This document shows, in pieces, positions 1-14,214 of a stretch of 64,000 nucleotides of DNA; positions within the stretch are counted from its first letter, which is position 1, and every line of letters starts with the position of its first letter. The notes below the pieces were generated by a model. That model was not told the origin of the DNA. It saw only the letters and a list, made by a program, of their open reading frames with translations, and ran no database searches. The position numbers were made by a program, and so were the translations under genes. Source of the stretch: the human T2T-CHM13v2.0 reference genome, Homo sapiens; NCBI RefSeq assembly GCF_009914755.1, contig NC_060925.1. One strand, given 5' to 3'.

Positions 1-3000
1 CGAATGGAATCATCATCGGATGGAAACGAATGGAATCATCATCGAATGGAAATGAAAGGAGTCATCATCTAATGGAATTGCATGGAATCATCATAAAATG
101 GAATCGAATGGAATCATCATCAAATGGAATCAAATGGAATCATTGAACGGAATTGAATGGAATCGTCATCGAATGAATTGAATGCAATCATCGAATGGTC
201 TCGAATGGAATCATCTTCAAATGGAATGGAATGGAATCATCGCATAGAATCGAATGGAATTATCATCGAATGGAATCGAATGGTATCAACATCAAACGGA
301 AAAAAACGGAATTATCGAATGGAATCGAAGAGAATCTTCGAACGGACCCGAATGGAATCATCTAATGGAATGGAATGGAATAATCCATGGACTCGAATGC
401 AATCATCATCGAATGGAATCGAATGGAATCATTGAAAGGACTCGAATGGAATAATCATTGAACGGAATCGAATGGAATCATCATCGGATGGAAATGAATG
501 GAATCATCATCGAATGGAATCGAATAGAATTATGGAATGAAATCCAGTGTGATCATCATCGAATGGACCCGAATGGAATTATCATCCAACGGAAGCTAAT
601 GGAATCAACATCGAATGAATCGAATGGAAACACCATCGAATTGAAACGAATGGAATTACCATGAAATTGAAATGGATGGACTCATCATCGAATGGATTCG
701 AATGGAATCATCGAATAAAATTGATTGAAATCATCATCGAATGGAATCGAATGGTATCATTGAATGGAATCGAATGGAATCATCATCAGATGGAAATGAA
801 TGGAATCGTCATAGAATGGAATCGAATGGATTCATTGAATGGAATCAGATGGAATCATCGAATGGACTGGAATGGAATCATTGAATGGACTCGAAAGGGA
901 TCATTATTGAATGGAATTGAATGGAATCATCAAATGGTCTCGATTGGAATCATTATCAAATGGAATCGAATGGAATCACCGAATAGAATCGAATGGAACA
1001 ATCATCGAATGGACTCAAATGGAATTATCCTCAAATGGAATCGAATGGAATTATCGAATGCAATCGAATGGAATTATCGAATGCAATCGAATAGAATCAT
1101 CGAATGGACTCGAATGGAATCATCGAATGGAATGGAATGGAACAGTCAATGAACTCGAATGGAATCATTATTGAATGGAATCGAATGGAATCATCGAGTG
1201 GAATCGAATGGAATTATGATCAAATGGAATCGAATGTAATCATCATCAAATGGAATCAAAAATAACCATCATCAATTGGTATTGAATGGAATTGTCATCA
1301 AATGGAATTTAAGGGAATCATCATCAAATGGAACCGAATGGAATCCTCATTGAATGGAAATGAAAGGGGTCATCATCTAATGGAATCGCATGGAATCATC
1401 ATCAAATGGAATCGAATGGAATCATCATCAAATGGAATCTAATGGAATCATTGAAAGAATTGAATGGAATCATCATCGAATGAATTGAATGCAATCATCG
1501 AATGGTCTCGAATGGAATCATCTTCTAATGGAAAGGAATGGAATCATCGCATAGAATCGAATGGAATTATCATCGAATGGAATCGAATGGTATCAACATC
1601 AAACGGAAAAAAACGGAATTATCGAATGGAATCGAAGAGAATCTTCGAACGGACCCGAATGGAATCATCTAATGGAATGGAATGGAATAATCCACGGACT
1701 CGAATGCAATCATCATCGTATAGAATCGAATGGAATCATCGAAAGGACTCGAATGGAATAACCATTGAACGGAATCGAATGGAATCATCATCGGATGGAA
1801 ACGAATGGAATCATCATCGAATGGAAATGAAAGGAGTCATCATCTAATGGAATTGCATGGAATCATCATAAAATGGAATCGAATGGAATCATCATCAAAT
1901 GGAATCAAATGGAATCATTGAACGGAATTGAATGGAATCGTCATCGAATGAATTGAATGCAATCATCGAATGGTCTCGAATGGAATCATCTTCAAATGGA
2001 ATGGAATGGAATCATCGCATAGAATCGAATGGAATTATCATCGAATGGAATCGAATGGTATCAACATCAAACGGAAAAAAACGGAATTATCGAATGGAAT
2101 CGAAGAGAATCTTCGAACGGACCCGAATGGAATCATCTAATGGAATGGAATGGAATAATCCATGGACTCGAATGCAATCATCATCGAATGGAATCGAATG
2201 GAATCATTGAAAGGACTCGAATGGAATAATCATTGAACGGAATCGAATGGAATCATCATCGGATGGAAAGGAATGGAATCATCATCGAATGGAATCGAAT
2301 AGAATTATGGAATGAAATCCAGTGTGATCATCATCGAATGGACCCGAATGGAATCATCATCCAACGGAAGCTAATGGAATCAACATCGAATGAATCGAAA
2401 GGAAACACCATCGAATTGAAACGAATGGAATTATCATGAAATTGAAATGGATGGACTCATCATCGAATGGATTCGAATGGAATCATCGAATAAAATTGAT
2501 TGAAATCATCATCGAATGGAATCGAATGGTATCATTGAATGGAATCGAATGGAATCATCATCAGATGGAAATGAATGGAATCGTCATAGAATGGAATCGA
2601 ATGGATTCACTGAATGGAATCAGATGGAATCATCGAATGGACTGGAATGGAATCATTGAATGGACTCGAAAGGGATCATTATTGAATGGAATTGAATGGA
2701 ATCATCGAATGGTCTCGATTGGAATCATTATCAAATGGAATCGAATGGAATCATCGAATAGAATCGAATGGAACAATCATCGAATGGACTCCAATGGAAT
2801 TATCCTCCAATGGAATCGAATGGAAATATCGAATGCAATCGAATGGAATTATCGAATGCAATCGAATGGAATCATCGAATGGACTCGAATGGAATCATCG
2901 AATGGAATGGAATGGAACAGTCAATGAACTCGAATGGAATCATCATTGAATGGAATCGAATGGAATCATCGAGTGGAATCGAATGGAATTATGATCAAAT

Positions 3001-6000
3001 GGAATCGAAGGTAATCATCATCAAATGGAATCAAAAATAACCATCATCAATTGGTATTGAATGGAATTGTCATCAAATGGAATTCAAAGGAATCATCATC
3101 AAATGGAACTGAAAGGAATCCTCATTGAATGGAAATGAAAGGGGTCATCATCTAATGGAATCGCATGGAATCATCATCAAATGGAATCGAATGGAATCAT
3201 CATCAAATGGAATCTAATGGAATCATTGAAAGAATTGAATGGAATCATCATCGAATGAATTGAATGCAATCATCGAATGGTCTCGAATGGAATCATCTTC
3301 TAATGGAAAGGAATGGAATCATCGCATAGAATCGAATGGAATTATCATCGAATGGAATCGAATGGTATCAACACCAAACGGAAAAAAACGGAATTATGGA
3401 ATGGAATCGAAGAGAATCTTCGAACGGACCCGAATGGAATCATCTAATGGAATGGAATGGAATAATCCATGGACACGAATGCAATCATCATCGAATGGAA
3501 TCGAATGGAATCATCGAATGGACTCGAATGGAATAATCATTGAACGGAATCGAATGGAATCATCATCGCATGGAAACGAATGGAATCATCATCGAATGGA
3601 AATGAAAGGAGTCATCATCTAATGGAATTGCATGGAATCATCATCAAATGGAATCGAATGGAATCAACATCAAATGGAATCAAATGGAATCATTGAACGG
3701 AATTGAATGGAATCGTCATCGAATGAATTGAATGCAATCATCGAATGGTCTCGAATGGAATCATCTTCAAATGGAATGGAATGGAATCATCGCATAGAAT
3801 CGAATGGAATTATCATCGAATGGAATCGAATGGAATCAACATCAAACGGAAAAAAACGGAATTATCGAATGGAATCGAAGAGAATCATCGAATGGACCCG
3901 AATGGAATCATCTAATGGAATGGAATGGAATAATCCATGGACTCGAATGCAATCATCATCGAATGGAATCGAATGGAATCATCGAATGGACTCGAATGGA
4001 ATAATCATTGAACGGAATCGAATGGAATCATCATCGGATGGAAATGAATGGAATCATCATCGAATGGAATCGAATAGAATTATGGAATGAAATCCAGTGT
4101 GATCATCATCGAATGGACCCGAATGGAATCATCATCCAACGGAAGCTAATGGAATCAACATCGAATGAATCAAATGGAAACACCATCGAATTGAAACGAA
4201 TGGAATTACCATGAAATTCAAATGGATGGACTCATCATCAAATGGATTCGAGTGGAATCATCAAATAAAATTGATTGAAATCATCATCGAATGGAATCGA
4301 ATGGTATCATTGAATGGAATCGAATGGAATCATCATCAGATGGAAATGAAAGGAATCGTCATAGAATGGAATCGAATGGATTCATTGAATGGAATCAGAT
4401 GGAATCATCGAATGGACTGGAATGGAATCATTGAATGGACTCGAAAGGGATCATTATTGAATGGAATTGAATGGAATCATCGAATGGTCTCGATTGGAAT
4501 CATTATCAAATGGAATCGAATGGAATCACCGAATAGAATCGAATGGAACAATCATCGAATGGACTCAAATGGAATTATCCTCAAATGGAATCGAATGGAA
4601 TTATCGAATGCAATGGAATGGAATTATCGAATGCAATCGAATAGAATCAACGAATGGACTCGAATGGAATCATCGAATGGAATGGAATGGAACAGTCAAT
4701 GAACTCGAATGGAATCATCATTGAATGGAATCGAATGGAATCATCGAGTGGAATCTAAAGGAATTATGACCAAATGGAATCGAAAGTAATCATCATCAAA
4801 TGGAATCAAAAATAAACATCATCAATTGGTATTGAATGGAATTGTCATCAAATGGAATTCAAAGGAATCATCATCAAATGGAACCGAATGGAATCCTCAT
4901 TGAATGGAAATGAAAGGGGTCATCATCTAATGGAATCGCATGGAATCATCATCAAATGGAATCGAATGGAATCATCATCAAATGGAATCTAATGGAATCA
5001 TTGAAAAGAATTGAATGGAATAGTCATCGAATGAATTGAATGCAATCATCGAATGGTCTCGAATGGAATCATCTTCTAATGGAAAGGAATGGAATCATCG
5101 CATAGAATCGAATGGAATTATCATCGAATGGAATCGAATGATATCAACACCAAACGGAAAATAACGGAATTATCGAATGGAATCGAAGAGAATCTTCGAA
5201 CGGACCCGAATGGAATCATCTAATGGAATGGAATGGAATAATCCATGGACTCGAATGCAATCATCATCGAATGGAATCGAATGGAATCATCGAATGGACT
5301 CGAATGGAATAATCATTGAACGGAATCGAATGGAATCATCATCGGATGGAAACGAATGGAATCATCATCGAATGGAAATGAAAGGAGTCATCATCTAATG
5401 GAATTGCATGGAATCATCATCAAATGGAATCGAATGGAATCAACATCAAATGGAATCAAATGGAATCATTGAACGGAATTGAATGGAATCGTCATCGAAT
5501 GAATTGAATGCAATCATCGAATGGTCTCAAATGGAATCATCTTCAAATGGAATGGAATGGAATCATCGCATAGAATCGAATGGAATTATCATCGAATGGA
5601 ATCGAATGGAATCAACATCAAACGGAAAAAAACGGAATTATCGAATGGAATCGAAGAGAATCATCGAATGGACCCGAATGGAATCATCTAATGGAATGGA
5701 ATGGAATAATCCATGGACTCGAATGCAATCATCATCGAATGGAATCGAATGGAATCATCGAATGGACTCGAATGGAATAATCATTGAACGGAATCGAATG
5801 GAATCGTCATCGGATGGAAATGAATGGAATCATCATCGAATGGAATCGAATAGAATTATGGAATGAAATCCAGGGTGATCATCATCGAATGGACCCGAAT
5901 GGAATCATCATCCAACGGAAGCTAATGGAATCAACATCGAATGAATCGAATGGAAACACCATCGAATTGAAACGAATGGAATTACCATGAAATTGAAATG

Positions 6001-6819
6001 GATGGACTCATCATCGAATGGATTCGAATGGAATCATCGAATAAAATTGATTGAAATCATCATCGAATGGTATCGAATGGTATCATTGAATGGAATCGAA
6101 TGGAATCATCCTCAGATGGAAATGAATGGAATCGTCATAGAATGGAATCGAATGGATTCATTGAATGGAATCAGATGGAATCAACGAATGGACTGGAATG
6201 GAATCATTGAATGGACTCGAAAGGGATCATTATTGAATGGAATTGAATGGAATCATCGAATGGTCCCGATTGGAATCATTATCAAATGGAATCGAATGGA
6301 ATCACCGAATAGAATCGAATGGAACAATCATCGAATGGACTCAAATGGAATTATCCTCAAATGGAATCGAATGGAATTATCGAATGCAATCGAATGGAAT
6401 TATCGAATGCAATCGAATAGAATCATCGAATGGACTCGAATGGAATCATCGAATGGAATGGAATGGAACAGTCAATGAACTCGAATGGAATCATCATTGA
6501 ATGGAATCGAATGGAATCATCGAGTGGAATCGAATGGAATTATGATCAAATGGAATCGAATGTAATCATCATCAAATGGAATCAAAAATAACCATCATCA
6601 ATTGGTATTGAATGGAATTCTCATCAAATGGAATTCAAAGGAATCATCATCAAATGGAACTGAATGGAATCCTCATTGAATGGAAATGAAAGGGGTCATC
6701 ATCTAATGGAATCGCATGGAATCATCATCAAATGGAATCGAATGGAATCATCATCAAATGGAATCTGATGGAATCATTGAACAGAATTGAATGGAATCGT
6801 CATCGAATGAATTGAATGC

Positions 6820-7113
6820 AATCATCAAATGGCCTCGAATGTAATCACATTCTAATGGAAAGGAATGGAATCATCGCATAGAATAGAATGGAATTAACAT
6901 TGAATGGACTCGAATGGAATCTACATCAAACGGAATCAAGCGGAATTATTGAATGGAATCGAAGAGAATCATCGAATGGTCTCGAATGGAATCATCTTCT
7001 AATGGAAAGGAATGGAATCATCTCATAGAATCGAATGGAATTAACATTGAATGGACTCGAATGGAATCAACATCAAATGGAATCAAGCGGAATTATCGAA
7101 TGAAATCGAAGAG
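6820..7113 (+). repeat. 147-bp tandem duplication inside subunit A, making 1923-bp units (also near 11817, 19885, 28046)
   Basis: The segment AATCATC(A/G)AATGG..TTCTAATGGAAAGG..GGAATCAAGCGG..GAAGAG starts at 6820 and again at 6967. Landmark spacing is 1923 = 1776+147. Confidence 0.9.
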
Positions 7114-10100
7114 AATCATCGAATGGACTCGAATGGAATCATCTAATGGAATGGAATGGAATAATCCACGGACTCGAATGCAATCATCATCGTATAGAAT
7201 CGAATGGAATCATCGAAAGGACTCGAATGGAATAACCATTGAACGGAATCGAATGGAATCATCATCGGATGGAAACGAATGGAATCATCATCGAATGGAA
7301 ATGAAAGGAGTCATCATCTAATGGAATTGCATGGAATCATCATAAAATGGAATCGAATGGAATCATCATCAAATGGAATCAAATGGAATCATTGAACGGA
7401 ATTGAATGGAATCGTCATCGAATGAATTGAATGCAATCATCAAATGGTCTCGAATGGAATCATCTTCAAATGGAATGGAATGGAATCATCGCATAGAATC
7501 GAATGGAATTATCATCAAATGGAATCGAATGGTATCAACATCAAACGGAAAAAAACGGAATTATCGAATGGAATCGAAGAGAATCTTCGAACGGACCCGA
7601 ATGGAATCATCTAATGGAATGGAATGGAATAATCCATGGACTCGAATGCAATCATCATCGAAAGGAATCGAATGGAATCATTGAATGGACTCGAATGGAA
7701 TAATCATTGAACGGAATCGAATGGAATCATCATCGGATGGAAACGAATGGAATCATCATCGAATGGAATCGAATAGAATTATGGAATGAAATCCAGTGTG
7801 ATCATCATCGAATGGACCCGAATGGAATCATCATCCAACGGAAGCTAATGGAATCAACATCGAATGAATCGAAAGGAAACACCATCGAATTGAAACGAAT
7901 GGAATTATCATGAAATTGAAATGGATGGACTCATCATCGAATGGATTCGAATGGAATCATCGAATAAAATTGATTGAAATCATCATCGAATGGAATCGAA
8001 TGGTATCATTGAATGGAATCGAATGGAATCATCATCAGATGGAAATGAATGGAATCGTCATAGAATGGAATCGGATGGATTCATTGAATGGAATCAGATG
8101 GAATCATCGAATGGACTGGAATGGAATCATTGAATGGACTCGAAAGGGATCATTATTGAATGGAATTGAATGGAATCATCGAATGGTCTCGATTGGAATC
8201 ATTATCAAATGGAATCGAATGGAATCACCGAATAGAATCGAATGGAACAATCATCGAATGGACTCAAATGGAATTATCCTCAAATGGAATCGAATGGAAT
8301 TATCGAATGCAATCGAATGGAATTATCGAATGCAATCGAATAGAATCATCGAATGGACTCGAATGGAATCATCGAATGGAATGGAATGGAACAGTCAATG
8401 AACTCGAATGGAATCATCATTGAATGGAATCGAATGGAATCATCGAGTGGAATCGAATGGAATTATGATCAAATGGAATCGAATGTAATCATCATCAAAT
8501 GGAATCAAAAATAACCATCATCAATTGGTATTGAATGGAATTGTCATCAAATGGAATTCAAAGGAATCATCATCAAATGGAACCGAATGGAATCCTCGTT
8601 GAATGGAAATGAAAGGGGTCATCATCTAATGGAATCGCATGGAAACATCATAAAATGGAATCGAATGGAATCAACATCAAATGGAATCAAATGGAATCAT
8701 TGAACGGAATTGAATGGAATGGTCATCGAAAGAATTGAATGCAATCATCGAATGGTCTCGAATGGAATCATCTTCAAATGGAATGGAATTGAATCATCGC
8801 ATAGAATCGAAAGGAATTATCATCGAATGGAATCGAATGGAATCAACACCAAACGGAAAAAAACGGAATTATCGAATGGAATCGAAGAGAATCATCGAAT
8901 GGACCCGAATGGAATCATCTAATGGAATGGAATGGAATAATCCATGGACTCGAATGCAATCATCATCGAATGGAATCATCGAATGGACTCGAATGGAATA
9001 ATCATTGAACGGAATCGAATGGAATCATCATCGGATGGAAACGAATGGAATCATCATCGAATGGAATCGAATAGAATTATGGAATGAAATCCAGTGTGAT
9101 CATCATCGAATGGACCCGAATGGAATCATCATCCAACGGAAGCTAAAGGAATGAACATCGAATGAATCAAATGGAAACACCATCGAATTGAAACGAATGG
9201 AATTACCACGAAATTGAAATGGATGGACTCATCATCAAATGGATTCGAATGGAATCATCGAATAAAATTGATTGAAATCATCATCGAATGGAATCGAATG
9301 GTATCATTGAATGGAATCGAATGGAATCATCATCAGATGGAAATGAAAGGAATCGTCATAGAATGGAATCGAATGGATTCATTGAATGGAATCAGATGGA
9401 ATCATCGAATGGACTGGAATGGAATCATTGAATGGACTCGAAAGGGATCATTATTGAATGGAATTGAATGGAATCATCGAATGGTCTCGATTGGAATCAT
9501 TATCAAATGGAATCGAATGGAATCACCGAATAGAATCGAATGGAACAATCATCGAATGGACTCAAATGGAATTATCCTCAAATGGAATCGAATGGAATTA
9601 TCGAATGCAATGGAATGGAATTATCGAATGCAATCGAATAGAATCAACGAATGGACTCGAATGGAATCATCGAATGGAATGGAATGGAACAGTCAATGAA
9701 CTCGAATGGAATCATCATTGAATGGAATCGAATGGAATCATCGAGTGGAATCTAAAGGAATTATGACCAAATGGAATCGAAAGTAATCATCATCAAATGG
9801 AATCAAAAATAAACATCATCAATTGGTATTGAATGGAATTGTCATCAAATGGAATTCAAAGGAATCATCATCAAATGGAACCGAATGGAATCCTCATTGA
9901 ATGGAAATGAAAGGGGTCATCATCTAATGGAATCGCATGGAATCATCATCAAATGGAATCGAATGGAATCATCATCAAATGGAATCTAATGGAATCATTG
10001 AAAAGAATTGAATGGAATAGTCATCGAATGAATTGAATGCAATCATCGAATGGTCTCGAATGGAATCATCTTCTAATGGAAAGGAATGGAATCATCGCAT

Positions 10101-12906
10101 AGAATCGAATGGAATTATCATCGAATGGAATCGAATGATATCAACACCAAACGGAAAATAACGGAATTATCGAATGGAATCGAAGAGAATCTTCGAACGG
10201 ACCCGAATGGAATCATCTAATGGAATGGAATGGAATAATCCATGGACTCGAATGCAATCATCATCGAATGGAATCGAATGGAATCATCGAATGGACTCGA
10301 ATGGAATAATCATTGAACGGAATCGAATGGAATCATCATCGGATGGAAACGAATGGAATCATCATCGAATGGAAATGAAAGGAGTCATCATCTAATGGAA
10401 TTGCATGGAATCATCATCAAATGGAATCGAATGGAATCAACATCAAATGGAATCAAATGGAATCATTGAACGGAATTGAATGGAATCGTCATCGAATGAA
10501 TTGAATGCAATCATCGAATGGTCTCAAATGGAATCATCTTCAAATGGAATGGAATGGAATCATCGCATAGAATCGAATGGAATTATCATCGAATGGAATC
10601 GAATGGAATCAACATCAAACGGAAAAAAACGGAATTATCGAATGGAATCGAAGAGAATCATCGAATGGACCCGAATGGAATCATCTAATGGAATGGAATG
10701 GAATAATCCATGGACTCGAATGCAATCATCATCGAATGGAATCGAATGGAATCATCGAATGGACTCGAATGGAATAATCATTGAACGGAATCGAATGGAA
10801 TCGTCATCGGATGGAAATGAATGGAATCATCATCGAATGGAATCGAATAGAATTATGGAATGAAATCCAGGGTGATCATCATCGAATGGACCCGAATGGA
10901 ATCATCATCCAACGGAAGCTAATGGAATCAACATCGAATGAATCGAATGGAAACACCATCGAATTGAAACGAATGGAATTACCATGAAATTGAAATGGAT
11001 GGACTCATCATCGAATGGATTCGAATGGAATCATCGAATAAAATTGATTGAAATCATCATCGAATGGTATCGAATGGTATCATTGAATGGAATCGAATGG
11101 AATCATCCTCAGATGGAAATGAATGGAATCGTCATAGAATGGAATCGAATGGATTCATTGAATGGAATCAGATGGAATCAACGAATGGACTGGAATGGAA
11201 TCATTGAATGGACTCGAAAGGGATCATTATTGAATGGAATTGAATGGAATCATCGAATGGTCCCGATTGGAATCATTATCAAATGGAATCGAATGGAATC
11301 ACCGAATAGAATCGAATGGAACAATCATCGAATGGACTCAAATGGAATTATCCTCAAATGGAATCGAATGGAATTATCGAATGCAATCGAATGGAATTAT
11401 CGAATGCAATCGAATAGAATCATCGAATGGACTCGAATGGAATCATCGAATGGAATGGAATGGAACAGTCAATGAACTCGAATGGAATCATCATTGAATG
11501 GAATCGAATGGAATCATCGAGTGGAATCGAATGGAATTATGATCAAATGGAATCGAATGTAATCATCATCAAATGGAATCAAAAATAACCATCATCAATT
11601 GGTATTGAATGGAATTCTCATCAAATGGAATTCAAAGGAATCATCATCAAATGGAACTGAATGGAATCCTCATTGAATGGAAATGAAAGGGGTCATCATC
11701 TAATGGAATCGCATGGAATCATCATCAAATGGAATCGAATGGAATCATCATCAAATGGAATCTGATGGAATCATTGAACAGAATTGAATGGAATCGTCAT
11801 CGAATGAATTGAATGCAATCATCAAATGGTCTCGAATGTAATCACATTCTAATGGAAAGGAATGGAATCATCGCATAGAATAGAATGGAATTAACATTGA
11901 ATGGACTCGAATGGAATCTACATCAAACGGAATCAAGCGGAATTATTGAATGGAATCGAAGAGAATCATCGAATGGTCTCGAATGGAATCATCTTCTAAT
12001 GGAAAGGAATGGAATCATCTCATAGAATCGAATGGAATTAACATTGAATGGACTCGAATGGAATCAACATCAAATGGAATCAAGCGGAATTATCGAATGA
12101 AATCGAAGAGAATCATCGAATGGACTCGAATGGAATCATCTAATGGAATGGAATGGAATAATCCACGGACTCGAATGCAATCATCATCGTATAGAATCGA
12201 ATGGAATCATCGAAAGGACTCGAATGGAATAACCATTGAACGGAATCGAATGGAATCATCATCGGATGGAAACGAATGGAATCATCATCGAATGGAAATG
12301 AAAGGAGTCATCATCTAATGGAATTGCATGGAATCATCATAAAATGGAATCGAATGGAATCATCATCAAATGGAATCAAATGGAATCATTGAACGGAATT
12401 GAATGGAATCGTCATCGAATGAATTGAATGCAATCATCAAATGGTCTCGAATGGAATCATCTTCAAATGGAATGGAATGGAATCATCGCATAGAATCGAA
12501 TGGAATTATCATCAAATGGAATCGAATGGTATCAACATCAAACGGAAAAAAACGGAATTATCGAATGGAATCGAAGAGAATCTTCGAACGGACCCGAATG
12601 GAATCATCTAATGGAATGGAATGGAATAATCCATGGACTCGAATGCAATCATCATCGAAAGGAATCGAATGGAATCATTGAATGGACTCGAATGGAATAA
12701 TCATTGAACGGAATCGAATGGAATCATCATCGGATGGAAACGAATGGAATCATCATCGAATGGAATCGAATAGAATTATGGAATGAAATCCAGTGTGATC
12801 ATCATCGAATGGACCCGAATGGAATCATCATCCAACGGAAGCTAATGGAATCAACATCGAATGAATCGAAAGGAAACACCATCGAATTGAAACGAATGGA
12901 ATTATC

Positions 12907-14214
12907 ATGAAATTGAAATGGATGGACTCATCATCGAATGGATTCGAATGGAATCATCGAATAAAATTGATTGAAATAATCATTGAATGGAATCGAACGG
13001 TATCATTGAATGGAATCGAATGGAATCATCATCAGATGGAAATGAATGGAATCGTCATAGAATGGAATCGGATGGATTCATTGAATGGAATCAGATGGAA
13101 TCATCGAATGGACTGGAATGGAATCATTGAATGGACTCGAAAGGGATCATTATTGAATGGAATTGAATGGAATCATCGAATGGTCTCGATTGGAATCATT
13201 ATCAAATGGAATCGAATGGAATCACCGAATAGAATCGAATGGAACAATCATCGAATGGACTCAAATGGAATTATCCTCAAATGGAATCGAATGGAATTAT
13301 CGAATGCAATCGAATGGAATTATCGAATGCAATCGAATAGAATCATCGAATGGACTCGAATGGAATCATCGAATGGAATGGAATGGAACAGTCAATGAAC
13401 TCGAATGGAATCATCATTGAATGGAATCGAATGGAATCATCGAGTGGAATCGAATGGAATTATGATCAAATGGAATCGAATGTAATCATCATCAAATGGA
13501 ATCAAAAATAACCATCATCAATTGGTATTGAATGGAATTGTCATCAAATGGAATTCAAAGGAATCATCATCAAATGGAACCGAATGGAATCCTCGTTGAA
13601 TGGAAATGAAAGGGGTCATCATCTAATGGAATCGCATGGAAACATCATAAAATGGAATCGAATGGAATCAACATCAAATGGAATCAAATGGAATCATTGA
13701 ACGGAATTGAATGGAATGGTCATCGAAAGAATTGAATGCAATCATCGAATGGTCTCGAATGGAATCATCTTCAAATGGAATGGAATTGAATCATCGCATA
13801 GAATCGAAAGGAATTATCATCGAATGGAATCGAATTGAATCAACACCAAACGGAAAAAAACGGAATTATCGAATGGAATCGAAGAGAATCATCGAATGGA
13901 CCCGAATGGAATCATCTAATGGAATGGAATGGAATAATCCATGGACTCGAATGCAATCATCATCGAATGGAATCGAATGGAATCATCGAATGGACTCGAA
14001 TGGAATAATCATTGAACGGAATCGAATGGAATCATCATCGGATGGAAACGAATGGAATCATCATCGAATGGAATCGAATAGAATTATGGAATGAAATCCA
14101 GTGTGATCATCATCGAATGGACCCGAATGGAATCATCATCCAACGGAAGCTAATGGAATGAACATCGAATGAATCAAATGGAAACACCATCAAATTGAAA
14201 CGAATGGAATTACC
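12907..14214 (+). repeat. Short 1308-bp unit lacking one 468-bp subunit (relatives: 7910-9207 = 1298 bp; 15991-17275 = 1285 bp)
   Basis: Only one GGAAAAAAACGG subunit lies between landmarks. The A-type start AAAGGGGTC..ATCGCATGG is joined to the B-type CATAAAATGG..TCAACATC. Confidence 0.9.

Noticed and set aside
296-311. GGAAAAAAACGG A-tract as a retroelement poly(A) or terminator
   Set aside because: It is only 7-8 A, a fixed part of each subunit, with no target-site duplication or element body.
713-720. AATAAA once per unit as a polyadenylation signal
   Set aside because: It is expected by chance in A-rich satellite, and the sequence gives no transcript evidence.
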